Source: an uncultured Victivallales bacterium (GTDB lineage: Bacteria; Verrucomicrobiota; Kiritimatiellia; UBA8416). Taken from it: a stretch of 64,000 nucleotides of DNA. The stretch lies in NCBI GenBank assembly GCA_964497125.1, contig CAZCDU010000007.1:5503-69502 (forward strand), given 5' to 3'. Made by a program: the position numbers and the translations under genes. The notes under the pieces are model-generated. The model ran no database searches and was not told the origin of the DNA. It worked only from the letters and a program-made list of their open reading frames with translations. Positions 47,244 through 56,452 of the stretch are shown here, piece by piece (the stretch's first letter is position 1; each line of letters begins with the position of its first letter).

Positions 47244-48110
47244 ATGTTCACGGGTGTATATACGGCGATAGTGACGCCATTCAATGCTGACGGGGCGGTA
47301 GACTTTGGTAGTTTGGATGCGTTGATTGATCGTCAGGCTGCCGCGGGGGTAGATGGAATTGTCTCGGTCGGGACAACGGGGGAGTGTCCAACACTGAGCG
47401 TTGATGACCATGATCGCGTGATTCATGCGACGGTTGAGGCGTGTCGCGGTCGCATGAAGGTGATTGCCGGAACCGGTGCCAATTCAACCGCCGAAGCTTT
47501 GGATTTGACGGCACGAGCCAAGGACGCAGGGGCCGACGGGACCTTGCAGGTGACGCCCTACTACAACAAGCCGAACCAAGAGGGACTCTACCGTCACTTC
47601 TCCGCCGTGGCGGACCTCGGGCTTCCCGTTGTCCTTTACAATGTGCCTGGTCGCACGGGCCGCGAAATCGCAATCGAGACGATCGTTCGACTGGCAGATC
47701 ACCCTTCGGTCGTGACGGTAAAAGAGGCGGGGGGCTGCGTGGACCGGGTCAGCCAGATTTTGAGCGTCTGTGATATCGGCGTGCTCTCTGGCGATGATGC
47801 GCTCACGCTGCCGATGATGAGTGTGGGTGCAGAAGGCGTCATCAGCGTCGCATCGAATGTGATTCCCGAGGTGCTGGTCCGTATGGTCCAAGCGGCCCGA
47901 GAAGGACACTGGGATGACGCGCGGGAGATTCACCTCGCACACCACAAGCTGTTCTCCGACATGTTCCTGGATACGAATCCGATCCCTGTGAAGGCCGCCT
48001 TGGCGATGATGGGCCTTTGTGATGAGGGGTGTCGTCTTCCGCTGTGCGAAATGCAGAACGATTTGAAAGAAAGCCTCCGGTCGACCCTGAAGGCCGCCGG
48101 CGTGATATAG
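47244..48110 (+). CDS. dapA: 4-hydroxy-tetrahydrodipicolinate synthase
   Basis: AIVTPF...GTTGE signature. AGGAGG RBS 7 nt upstream. Confidence 0.85.
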   Translation: MFTGVYTAIVTPFNADGAVDFGSLDALIDRQAAAGVDGIVSVGTTGECPTLSVDDHDRVIHATVEACRGRMKVIAGTGANSTAEALDLTARAKDAGADGTLQVTPYYNKPNQEGLYRHFSAVADLGLPVVLYNVPGRTGREIAIETIVRLADHPSVVTVKEAGGCVDRVSQILSVCDIGVLSGDDALTLPMMSVGAEGVISVASNVIPEVLVRMVQAAREGHWDDAREIHLAHHKLFSDMFLDTNPIPVKAALAMMGLCDEGCRLPLCEMQNDLKESLRSTLKAAGVI

Positions 48111-48119
48111 GGAATCAGA

Positions 48120-48926
48120 ATGACAAAAGTAGCAATCGCGGGTGCAGCGGGTCGCATGGGGCAGGCACTGATACGGTGTTCTCTACAGTCCGAGGAAATC
48201 GAGGTGGTGGGGGCAACCGAGCGGGAGGGGCATGAGGCCCTGGGGCAGGATGCCGGTACCTTGATCGGTGGTGAGCCACTGGGCGTGGCCATAACTGACG
48301 ACTTGGCCGCCGTGATGCCCGCTGCCGATGTCCTGATCGACTTCACGTACCATGCTGCCGTACCCGTCAACACGGACATTGCAGCGAAGGCTGGGCGTGC
48401 CGTGGTAATCGGCACAACGGCTCTCGAGGATGCCGAACTTGCGGTTGTCGAAGCAGCGGCAGGCAAAGTACCCATCGTTCTGGCCCCGAATATGAGCCTT
48501 GGCGTCAATCTGCTTTTCGCCGTATCGAAGCGGGCCGCGTCTGTGCTTGGGCCAGGGTATCGCGTCAGAATTGACGAAACACACCATATCCACAAGCTGG
48601 ATGCACCCAGTGGTACTGCTCTACGCCTTGGCGAGAAGGTGGCCGAAGGCGCCGGTGTCAGTTTTGAAGATACATGGCTGCACGACGAAGGTGGGCAGCA
48701 GGAATCCTATCCGGAGGGGCGAATCCCCATCCGTTCCTTCCGGGAAGGCGAAGTGGTGGGGGACCACACGGTCTGTTTCGAGAACGACGTTGAGCGCATT
48801 GAGTTGACGCACCATGCATGGAGCCGGGATGCGCTGGCGATGGGATCGCTGCATGCCGCAAAATGGGTCTGCACCAAACGGCCCCGACTCTACGATATGC
48901 AGGATGTGCTGGGATTGAGTACATGA
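48120..48926 (+). CDS. dapB: 4-hydroxy-tetrahydrodipicolinate reductase
   Basis: VAIAGAAGRMG N-terminal NAD(P)-binding motif. EL/HH region. Confidence 0.85.
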   Translation: MTKVAIAGAAGRMGQALIRCSLQSEEIEVVGATEREGHEALGQDAGTLIGGEPLGVAITDDLAAVMPAADVLIDFTYHAAVPVNTDIAAKAGRAVVIGTTALEDAELAVVEAAAGKVPIVLAPNMSLGVNLLFAVSKRAASVLGPGYRVRIDETHHIHKLDAPSGTALRLGEKVAEGAGVSFEDTWLHDEGGQQESYPEGRIPIRSFREGEVVGDHTVCFENDVERIELTHHAWSRDALAMGSLHAAKWVCTKRPRLYDMQDVLGLST

Positions 48927-49273
48927 AGATTCTCGTCCTCGATGACGATACGGTTCTACTGACCGTGATGGAATCTGTTCTTTCGAAGAACGGCCATGAG
49001 GTCACCTGTATCGATAACCCGGAAGAAGCGGTTGGGCTGGTTGCTGAGAACGACTACGATTTTCTCCTCGTTGACTATCAAATGGAAGGCAAGACCGGCG
49101 TCTGGTTCATGGAAAATGTGAATCTGCCGGCCCAAACGAAGGCACTGCTGATAACGGGTAGCGTTGACCGGGATATCATCACCAACATGTTTGACCTGGG
49201 TGCCTCCGGGTATATCATCAAGCCTTTCGATGAAGCCGAACTGTTGCGGCATCTTGAATTCCACACGAAGTAG
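48923..49273 (+). CDS. single-domain response regulator (receiver only)
   Basis: ILVLDDD, DFLLVDYQM and GYIIKP receiver motifs. ATGA overlap with the dapB stop. Confidence 0.7.
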   Translation: MKILVLDDDTVLLTVMESVLSKNGHEVTCIDNPEEAVGLVAENDYDFLLVDYQMEGKTGVWFMENVNLPAQTKALLITGSVDRDIITNMFDLGASGYIIKPFDEAELLRHLEFHTK

Positions 49274-49279
49274 TGATCA

Positions 49280-50074
49280 ATGTCACCATGGACGACAAGT
49301 AAGATCCGGGAGAGCAAGGGGCAGGAGCGGATTGCATGCCTGACGGCAAGTGATTACGCGACAGCCCGTGTGATGGATCAGGCGGGGATACCCCTCGTGC
49401 TTGTGGGGGATTCCCTCGCGATGACAACCCTGGGGTATGAGACGACACTTCCGGTCACGATGGCCGAGATGTTGCATCACACGTCCGCTGTGGTTCGTGG
49501 TGTTGAAAACGCCCTTGTCGTTGCCGACATGCCATTCATGTCCTACCAGGCTTCGGTTGAGCAAGCCCTGGAGAATGCCGGTCGCTTTCTGAAGGAAGCG
49601 GGTGCGGATGCTGTCAAGATTGAGGGTGGAAGTCTGCGTGCCGAGACCGTGAGGGCTTTCGTTGCAAATGGCATTCCCGTTCTTGGCCATATTGGTCTGA
49701 CGCCACAGAGCATTCGGCAGATGGGTGGGTACAAGGTCCAGGGCAAGGTAAGTGAAGAGGCCCAGACGTTGCTCGCCGATGCGAAGGCGCTCGCCGATGC
49801 CGGCGTGTTTGCCCTGGTGCTTGAGTGTGTGCCGCGAGGATTGGCTGCCGATATCACGCAGAGCATACAGGTTCCGACAATTGGAATCGGTGCGGGGCCT
49901 GACTGTGACGGGCAGGTTCTTGTGACGAACGATATGCTGGGAATGTACTCGGACTTATCGCCGTCGTTTGTGAAACGCTATGCCGAGCTCGGGGCCCTGA
50001 TGCGAGAGGCGTTCGAGAACTACCGGGACGAGGTCGTGCAAGGTGACTTTCCTACCGACGCTCACAGCTTCTAG
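49280..50074 (+). CDS. panB: 3-methyl-2-oxobutanoate hydroxymethyltransferase
   Basis: LTASDY...LVGDSLAMT...KIEGG motifs. Confidence 0.85.
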   Translation: MSPWTTSKIRESKGQERIACLTASDYATARVMDQAGIPLVLVGDSLAMTTLGYETTLPVTMAEMLHHTSAVVRGVENALVVADMPFMSYQASVEQALENAGRFLKEAGADAVKIEGGSLRAETVRAFVANGIPVLGHIGLTPQSIRQMGGYKVQGKVSEEAQTLLADAKALADAGVFALVLECVPRGLAADITQSIQVPTIGIGAGPDCDGQVLVTNDMLGMYSDLSPSFVKRYAELGALMREAFENYRDEVVQGDFPTDAHSF

Positions 50075-50084
50075 TTGCTGTCTG

Positions 50085-50588
50085 CTACCACTCTGATGTG
50101 AAGAGTTTTGCACCCGGCAACGGTGGCAGCGAGGCGAGCACGTCGCGAACCCGCCTCTGATCTCCAGGGAACACGAGGTCAGGTTTGATGTCGGCCAGGG
50201 GTTGGACCACGAAACGCCGTTCCGCCCAGCGAGGGTGGGGCAGTGTGAGGTCATCATCATCGCTCATCGTGTCGCCGGCAAAGAGCATGTCAATATCAAT
50301 GGGCCGAGGAGCAAAGCGATCGTCGGTTCTCATACGACCCAAGTCCTCTTCGATCCTATGAATGGCATCTGAGATGACATCGGGCGGCAGATCGCTTGCG
50401 ATAACCAGAACGGCGTTCAGGTAGTTCAGGTCTTCGTACTCAGGGCGGACCCCGACGGGCTCCGTCTCATAGACGTTTGACCTCCGCACGTCAGTTACCC
50501 CGGGGATCTGTTCGATGCAGATTCTGGCCTTCTTGAGAAATGCAAGGCGATTTCCGAGGTTGGACCCAAGGCTTAGTCCGTATTCCAT
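50085..50588 (-). CDS. folK: 2-amino-4-hydroxy-6-hydroxymethyldihydropteridine pyrophosphokinase
   Basis: LSLGSNLGNR...YETEPVG HPPK signature. Confidence 0.8.
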   Translation of the reverse strand: MEYGLSLGSNLGNRLAFLKKARICIEQIPGVTDVRRSNVYETEPVGVRPEYEDLNYLNAVLVIASDLPPDVISDAIHRIEEDLGRMRTDDRFAPRPIDIDMLFAGDTMSDDDDLTLPHPRWAERRFVVQPLADIKPDLVFPGDQRRVRDVLASLPPLPGAKLFTSEW

Positions 50589-50612
50589 GAAGTGTCTTCC
50601 GGGTGGTCTAAG

Positions 50613-50688
50613 TGGAGCCAGTTGAGGGACTCGAACCCCCGACCTAGTGATTACAAATCACTTGCTCTGCCAACTGAGCTAAACTGGC
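50613..50688 (-). tRNA. tRNA-Thr (anticodon UGU)
   Basis: Cloverleaf reconstructed by hand: 7-bp acceptor GCCAGTT/AACTGGC, anticodon loop TTTGTAA, T-arm GGTTCGAGTCC, encoded CCA. Confidence 0.8.
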
Positions 50689-50764
50689 GTTGTCGACGTG
50701 AAAAGTCGCGGGGTACTGTAGCCATCTGAGGCTGATTGTCAACGTCAGAACGTACCCCGTGCTT

Positions 50765-51553
50765 CTATTTTACGAATCGGCGAATTGCTGCCAGCAGGTC
50801 GTCCGTGTTGTTCGACGTCAGGTACTGCGATACGCCCTCCGGAATGCGGCGCCCGTATCGGCTCTCCTCATCGAATGTTCGCGTTTCATCGTAGAGAATG
50901 ATCGGTACGTGTTTTGTGCTCGGCATGGCTCGTACAAGGGGTGCCACGACACGGCCGTTCATGCCGGGGAGGATGTCCTTCATGACGATGGCTGCCGGTT
51001 TCGTTACGGCAGCCGTTTCCAGAAGTTCGGCGCCCGTTTCACAGAGCTGGACATCGAATCCCGCAAGGTCAAGATCCTTCGTGAGTCGCTTGACGACCTC
51101 AACGTCGTTCTCTCCCAGCAGAAGCTTCTCCCGCTGCCTGCTAGGCTCTTCCACTTCCTCTAGTTGCTGGCGGGGGTTGTCGGCAAGGACCTTGTTAACC
51201 TTGCTGAGCAGTTCCTGTTCCGAGCAGGGCTTGGCCACGAACCCGGCAACATTCAGGGCATCAAAGAACTCCTGCATTGCCGCGCGTGCCGTGAAGACCA
51301 GGACGGGGTAGGGAAGCGTCTCATTTTCCTTCTGCAGCTTGTTTAAGAAGCCAATCCCACCGATACCAGGCATGCTGATGTCAAGAATGATGAGATCCGG
51401 GTCAAGTTTCTCAAGCTTTTTGAGTGCTTCTTCACCGCTCCTCGCTACGACAACTTCGAAGCCCTCGTACGTGAGATAGTCGGCAAGCGTGATCCCTAGA
51501 TGCTTGTTGTCATCAACCAGGAGTAGTGTTGGTTTTTTCTTATCTTCAGCCAT
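50765..51553 (-). CDS. tandem double-receiver protein (REC-REC, no output domain)
   Basis: First REC LLLVDDNK...ILDISMPG...FVAKP. Second, more divergent REC. Paralog of 55685-56452. Confidence 0.7.
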   Translation of the reverse strand: MAEDKKKPTLLLVDDNKHLGITLADYLTYEGFEVVVARSGEEALKKLEKLDPDLIILDISMPGIGGIGFLNKLQKENETLPYPVLVFTARAAMQEFFDALNVAGFVAKPCSEQELLSKVNKVLADNPRQQLEEVEEPSRQREKLLLGENDVEVVKRLTKDLDLAGFDVQLCETGAELLETAAVTKPAAIVMKDILPGMNGRVVAPLVRAMPSTKHVPIILYDETRTFDEESRYGRRIPEGVSQYLTSNNTDDLLAAIRRFVK

Positions 51554-51562
51554 GGTATCTTC

Positions 51563-51952
51563 CTATTCTGGGCTCTGTAGCGCTTCTCTAATTCTTGCCG
51601 TCAGTTCATCAAGCCTGAAAGGCTTGGCCAGAAATGACTCCCCGCCGATGCTCCCCCCGTGCATACGTTCCTCGGATTTGCTCACAACGGCGGTTGTGAA
51701 TATGATTGGGACATGCTTCAAGCCAGGTTTGGTTCGTATTGCCTGGGCGACATCACCACCGTCCATTTCCGGCATCATGACGTCCAGCATGATGACGTCG
51801 GGGCGAACCGTCTTGAGTTTCTCAAGCGCTTGCTTTCCGTCGCCTGCAGCGACAACGTCGAACCCCTCGAAACGAAGAAAGTCTGTGATCGTTGTCAGCA
51901 GGTGTTGGTCATCATCGACGACCATCACGGTGGCTTTTGTGTTTGGTGTCAT
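51563..51952 (-). CDS. single-domain response regulator (receiver only)
   Basis: VMVVDDD, IMLDVMMPEMDG and LAKPF. Confidence 0.75.
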   Translation of the reverse strand: MTPNTKATVMVVDDDQHLLTTITDFLRFEGFDVVAAGDGKQALEKLKTVRPDVIMLDVMMPEMDGGDVAQAIRTKPGLKHVPIIFTTAVVSKSEERMHGGSIGGESFLAKPFRLDELTARIREALQSPE

Positions 51953-51963
51953 CCGCTAATCCC

Positions 51964-53628
51964 TCAAATGCATTGCCACAGTGTGTACCTGTTTGCGCTA
52001 TCTTGCAAGATAGTGTTTTCCAATAATTGCGCTTTCGATAGCGTCGAGCAGGGCCTCTCGCTCCTCCACGGTTTTGCCAGGGCAGGTACACTGAATCGCT
52101 CCAACATATCTCGAGTTTCCCGGTTAAGCTCAGATCCTGTGAGAACAACGATGGGAACCCGGCGCAGCTCGTGGTCCGCCTTCACCATGGCAATCAGCAT
52201 GTCGCCGGATATCTTGGGCATGACCAGGTCGACGAGCAGAATGTCGGCGCGCTTTTGAGTAAGAACAGTCAGGGCCTCGTGGGGGTCGGAAACGGGAAGT
52301 ACCGCGTAGCCGTCAGTGGCAAGTTGGGTACAGGCCACCTCCAATACCTCGGGGCAGTCGTCGACGGCCACGATGGTCGGTGGCTCCGGAGCTGCGGGAA
52401 GTGAGACGGTGACACGAGTGCCCCGATCCCGTCCCGGCGGCGGGCTCTGGATGGCAATCGTTCCGCCATGCAGTTCTACGATCTCCTTTGCCATGGAGAG
52501 TCCCAGGCCCATCCCGTCAACATGGTCTCCAACGCGGAAGTAGCGGTCCGTTACCTTGTCAATATACTCGTGGGGAATACCGCTGCCGGCATCCGTTATT
52601 GCAACACAGAGCATGTCGACAGGGTCGGTGGCCCGGAATAGCTGGACATTGATGGTGCCGTCGGGGCTCGTGTAGTCCATGGCGTTTCGCACGATGTTGA
52701 GCAGGACGCGCTCTATCTTTGTGACATCACAGGCAGCGAACCCCATGTTGTCCGGGATGTCGGTTTCGAGCGAGATGCTGCGTTCGTCCAGTTCGATCAT
52801 CACGCTCTTAAGTGTGTGCCGTAGAAAGCGGCCAAAGGGGACAACGGCCTGCTCGAGCTTCAAGGTGTTGGCTTCGATTCGGCCCAGGTCCAGAATATCA
52901 CTTATGGTCCGGTGCATTCGCCGGGTGTCATCGCGCACCATTTCGAGATAGATCCTGACACGGTCCGGCACCTCCCCCATAAGGCCCTTCAGCAGATTGC
53001 CGACCGCGTAGCTCATGGAGGCAAGCGGTGTCTTGAGTTCATGCGATACATTGGTGACAAACTGGGTCTTGGCGCGGTCATGTTCTTCCAGGCTGGAGAT
53101 AGCCTGGCGCAGGCTCCGCTCTGTCTCTTTGCGGACCCCAATCTCTTCAGTGAGCTGACGGTTTGTTTCTTCGAGCTCCCGCGTGCGGTCCTGCACGAGC
53201 TCTTCAAGTTGGTTCTTATAGCGATGTAATGCCGTTTCCGTGGCTTTACGCTGGATAGCATATTGGACGGATCGCACCAGGACATTGGCTGTTTCGACGG
53301 AGCCTTTGACCAGGTAGTCCTGGGCGCCCTGGTGAACAGCCTTCACGGCAAGCTCATTGTCCTCAAGCCCCGTCATGAGAATGATCGGCAGATCCGGTGC
53401 GCCTTCTCGCATGGTGGTGAACGTTTCCCAGCCCGTGGAGTCGGGAAGCGTCAAGTCGAGGATGACGACATCGAAAACGTTTGCTGCGATCGCGGCAATA
53501 CCGTCGTCCAGTGTTTGCCGCCATTCGATCGTGAAACGCTGTTCGGCTTCCTTCAGAAGTTGCGATGTCAGGATGAAATCATCCTCATCGTCTTCAACGA
53601 ATAACACGGTGATGGGCTCTGTGCGCAT
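51964..53628 (-). CDS. hybrid histidine kinase REC-HisKA-HATPase-REC
   Basis: N-terminal REC (VLFVEDDEDD...ILDLTLPD). H-box SHELKTPL. HATPase. C-terminal REC (IVAVDDC...LLVDLVMP). Paralog of 56449-58053. Confidence 0.8.
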   Translation of the reverse strand: MRTEPITVLFVEDDEDDFILTSQLLKEAEQRFTIEWRQTLDDGIAAIAANVFDVVILDLTLPDSTGWETFTTMREGAPDLPIILMTGLEDNELAVKAVHQGAQDYLVKGSVETANVLVRSVQYAIQRKATETALHRYKNQLEELVQDRTRELEETNRQLTEEIGVRKETERSLRQAISSLEEHDRAKTQFVTNVSHELKTPLASMSYAVGNLLKGLMGEVPDRVRIYLEMVRDDTRRMHRTISDILDLGRIEANTLKLEQAVVPFGRFLRHTLKSVMIELDERSISLETDIPDNMGFAACDVTKIERVLLNIVRNAMDYTSPDGTINVQLFRATDPVDMLCVAITDAGSGIPHEYIDKVTDRYFRVGDHVDGMGLGLSMAKEIVELHGGTIAIQSPPPGRDRGTRVTVSLPAAPEPPTIVAVDDCPEVLEVACTQLATDGYAVLPVSDPHEALTVLTQKRADILLVDLVMPKISGDMLIAMVKADHELRRVPIVVLTGSELNRETRDMLERFSVPALAKPWRSERPCSTLSKAQLLENTILQDSANRYTLWQCI

Positions 53629-53636
53629 GCCGGTCC

Positions 53637-54080
53637 CTACAGGTCTGGGGGTAGCTCCACGATTTCAAGCCAGTAGTGTCCCAGTTCCTTGACAAGGTCC
53701 ACAAGCTTATCGAACGTAACGGGTTTCCTGATGTATGAGCTGATGCCCATGTCGTATGTCGAAATGATATCCTCTTCCGCCGATGACGTCGTCAGCACGA
53801 TGACGGGAATTCGCCGCAGCTTTTGATTGGCCTTAATTTCCTTTAGGGCTTCCCTGCCATCCTTTCGGGGCATGTTCAGATCAAGCAGAATAATGTGTGG
53901 GTGTGCTGCATCCGCGTATTCGCCTCTCTGGAGAAGATAGTCCATCAGCTCTTCGCCATCGGCAACAATGGCCAGGTCGTTGGCCAGTCGTGCCTCCTCG
54001 AACGCTTCTCGCACGAGCATCTGGTCTTCGACATCGTCCTCAGCCATAAGTATGGAAATCGGTGTTGCGGGTCCCATCAT
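53637..54080 (-). CDS. single-domain response regulator (receiver only)
   Basis: ILMAEDD, ILLDLNMP and YIRKP. AAGGAG RBS before the ATG at 54078-54080; the longer ORF to 54155 would overlap the upstream kinase. Confidence 0.7.
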   Translation of the reverse strand: MMGPATPISILMAEDDVEDQMLVREAFEEARLANDLAIVADGEELMDYLLQRGEYADAAHPHIILLDLNMPRKDGREALKEIKANQKLRRIPVIVLTTSSAEEDIISTYDMGISSYIRKPVTFDKLVDLVKELGHYWLEIVELPPDL

Positions 54081-54102
54081 TGTATTTCTCCTTCGTTGCC
54101 CC

Positions 54103-55680
54103 TTATTCAGTGCTGGGTAGAAGAATCCTAAAGCAGGCACCTTCACCTTCTTCACTGATCGCCGTTAACTGTCCATCATGTCGTTCAGCAATTCTGCGGC
54201 AGATCGCAAGCCCTATGCCGGTTCCCGGGTACTCTTGAGCCCCATGCAGGCGCTGGAAGACACCAAAGATCCGATCCACATCCTCCTGTGGAAACCCGAT
54301 ACCGTTGTCTTCTATCATGATTTCATGCTGGGGGACATCATTCTCTTCGTCGGGTGGCACAATCGTACTTGTTACTTCTACGATCGGCGGGACGTCCGCC
54401 CTGTGGAATTTCAGTGCGTTGCCGATGAGGTTCTGGAACAGCTGGCGCATCTGGATTGGGTCAGCCACCAGCGTTGGTAATGGCCCAATATTGACGGTTC
54501 CACAGGTCTCATGAAGGCTGGCCTCAAGGTCCGACAGAACGCCTTTGACCATCTCATTCAAGTCCACCGGTTCGTGAGGCTTCTCGCGCGTTGTGACCCG
54601 CGAGTAACGGAGCAACCCCTCAATCAGTTCCACCATGCGGCCTGCTGAATGCTGCATCCGGCTCAGTGCATCCTGTATGTCGGGTGCCAGCTCAGACTCA
54701 TCATGCCCCATGATGATATCGGCAAAGGTCGTGATCTTCCGCAAGGGCGCCTGAAGATCGTGTGAGACGGCGTAGGCAAACTGTTCGAGATCCTCATTGG
54801 AGCGTTGCAGCTCCGTCAGGGTCCGCTCCAGTTTTAGCGTGGTCAGCTTTACATCGGTAATATCCAGTAGGGAAAACACCATGCCCGTTACTTCGTCGTC
54901 TGAGTTCATGTTTGGGGCAACGGAGGCACGGACATAGAATGTGCTCCCGCGCACCGTCTCGCAGGCGAGCTCCTGGGCCCACGCAAGTCGTCGGGACACC
55001 GCCATCAAAATGGCATTCGCTGTATCGTCGTCGCACAGAAACGTGCGCATGTTCTTCCCGACCATGTCCTCCAGACTGCGCATGCCCCAGAGTTCAAGCA
55101 TGGCAGAGTTAACGTAGCTGATGTTACCCTTGAGGTCGGCTACGGCGATGCCGTTAGCCGCATTCTGGATGGCAGTGTGACCGGTCCGGAGACGGTCCTC
55201 GGCCTCCCGGCGAACGGAGATGTCGCGGATGAAGAAGCAGTAGTATTCGGTATCCTGCAGTGAAACACGATTGACGGAGATTTCGGCAGGGAACATCCGT
55301 CCGTCGCTGCAAACACAGGCTGCTTGAATGAGAAGGAATTTGTCATTCTCCAGGCTACCCCGGACTTCGTCTATCAGCGTCATGTCCGAGCCGTAGAGCA
55401 TCCCGACGATGCTACATCCCAGGATGTCGCTGTGCTCATAGTTGAGGAACTGACAGGCTCGCCCATTGGCATCCAGGATGTTCCCGGAGGTGTCGGTGAG
55501 CAGAGCACCATCATATACGCTATCGAGCAGTTGCTGGAAATCAGCCCCCCCCAGGGGGCGATAGGAGTCCTGAGCATCAAGGGGATTGGCCAGGCTCACG
55601 TTCTGGGTCTGTCGCTTGGCAGACGCATAGTCAGGCAGGATGTCGATTCGTGTTGTCGTGGCGAGTATATTCCGGTCCAT
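54103..55680 (-). CDS. cytoplasmic PAS-PAS histidine kinase
   Basis: Two PAS blocks. H-box SHDLQAPLRKI. HATPase motifs. No TM. Confidence 0.8.
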   Translation of the reverse strand: MDRNILATTTRIDILPDYASAKRQTQNVSLANPLDAQDSYRPLGGADFQQLLDSVYDGALLTDTSGNILDANGRACQFLNYEHSDILGCSIVGMLYGSDMTLIDEVRGSLENDKFLLIQAACVCSDGRMFPAEISVNRVSLQDTEYYCFFIRDISVRREAEDRLRTGHTAIQNAANGIAVADLKGNISYVNSAMLELWGMRSLEDMVGKNMRTFLCDDDTANAILMAVSRRLAWAQELACETVRGSTFYVRASVAPNMNSDDEVTGMVFSLLDITDVKLTTLKLERTLTELQRSNEDLEQFAYAVSHDLQAPLRKITTFADIIMGHDESELAPDIQDALSRMQHSAGRMVELIEGLLRYSRVTTREKPHEPVDLNEMVKGVLSDLEASLHETCGTVNIGPLPTLVADPIQMRQLFQNLIGNALKFHRADVPPIVEVTSTIVPPDEENDVPQHEIMIEDNGIGFPQEDVDRIFGVFQRLHGAQEYPGTGIGLAICRRIAERHDGQLTAISEEGEGACFRILLPSTE

Positions 55681-55684
55681 AGAG

Positions 55685-56452
55685 CTATACTCCCAGGGTT
55701 TGTGTGACGGCCTTCAGAAGCGCGGGGCCATCATTAGCAGAGAGGAAACAGGACACGCCTACCGGCATACCAGAGTCCTGAGTGCCGTCATCACGTGCGT
55801 CATCATAGAGTACAATAGGTATTGACCGCGTGCTGGACATAGCCGCCATCAAGGGGGCTGCAACGTGTCCCTTTATATTGGGTAGCGAGTCTTTGATCAG
55901 CACAACGTCAGGCTGGTTCTCCCGGGCCGCATCCAGGAGCTCCGTCGCTGTCTGCAGGACATCGACCCGGAAGCCGGCTGAAAGAAAGAAGGCCGTCAGT
56001 TCCGTCGCCGTCTCCGCATCATCTTCCACAAGCATCAGCCGGCTGGGAAGGTCTTGCTTTGCAGCCGCCTGGCGTTCGTGGCGCGCGAGAATGCTGCGCA
56101 CTTCGGAAACAAGCACAGGCTCCGGGCAGGGCTTCATAAGAAAACCATCTATAGGGAGCTTTGCGAAGAACGACCGGAGCGTGCCGCGTGCCGTCAGCAC
56201 AAGAACGGGGTGTCTTGGTACGCCGGATTCGTCGGAAATCTGCTTCAGGAATTCAATTCCTCCCATTCCCGGCATACTGATGTCCAGGATGATCAAATGG
56301 GGAGCCATTGATGTCAGTTTTTCCAATGCCTCTTCGCCGCTTGACGCCGTTTCGACATTGAATCCTTCGAATGAGAGGAAGTCCTTGAGTGCTACCTGGA
56401 AGTGCTCGTTGTCATCGACGACAAGAAGTGTGTGTGAGCGGTTCTCTTTCAT
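55685..56452 (-). CDS. tandem double-receiver protein (REC-REC), paralog of 50765-51553
   Basis: LLVVDDNEH...ILDISMPG...LMKP, then a second REC-like half. Confidence 0.7.
   Translation of the reverse strand: MKENRSHTLLVVDDNEHFQVALKDFLSFEGFNVETASSGEEALEKLTSMAPHLIILDISMPGMGGIEFLKQISDESGVPRHPVLVLTARGTLRSFFAKLPIDGFLMKPCPEPVLVSEVRSILARHERQAAAKQDLPSRLMLVEDDAETATELTAFFLSAGFRVDVLQTATELLDAARENQPDVVLIKDSLPNIKGHVAAPLMAAMSSTRSIPIVLYDDARDDGTQDSGMPVGVSCFLSANDGPALLKAVTQTLGV

Noticed and set aside
50613-50688. tRNA-Thr as an integration site of a genomic island
   Set aside because: No integrase, direct-repeat copy of the tRNA 3' end, or shift in gene content was found on either side. Flanking genes are housekeeping (folK) and the two-component operon.
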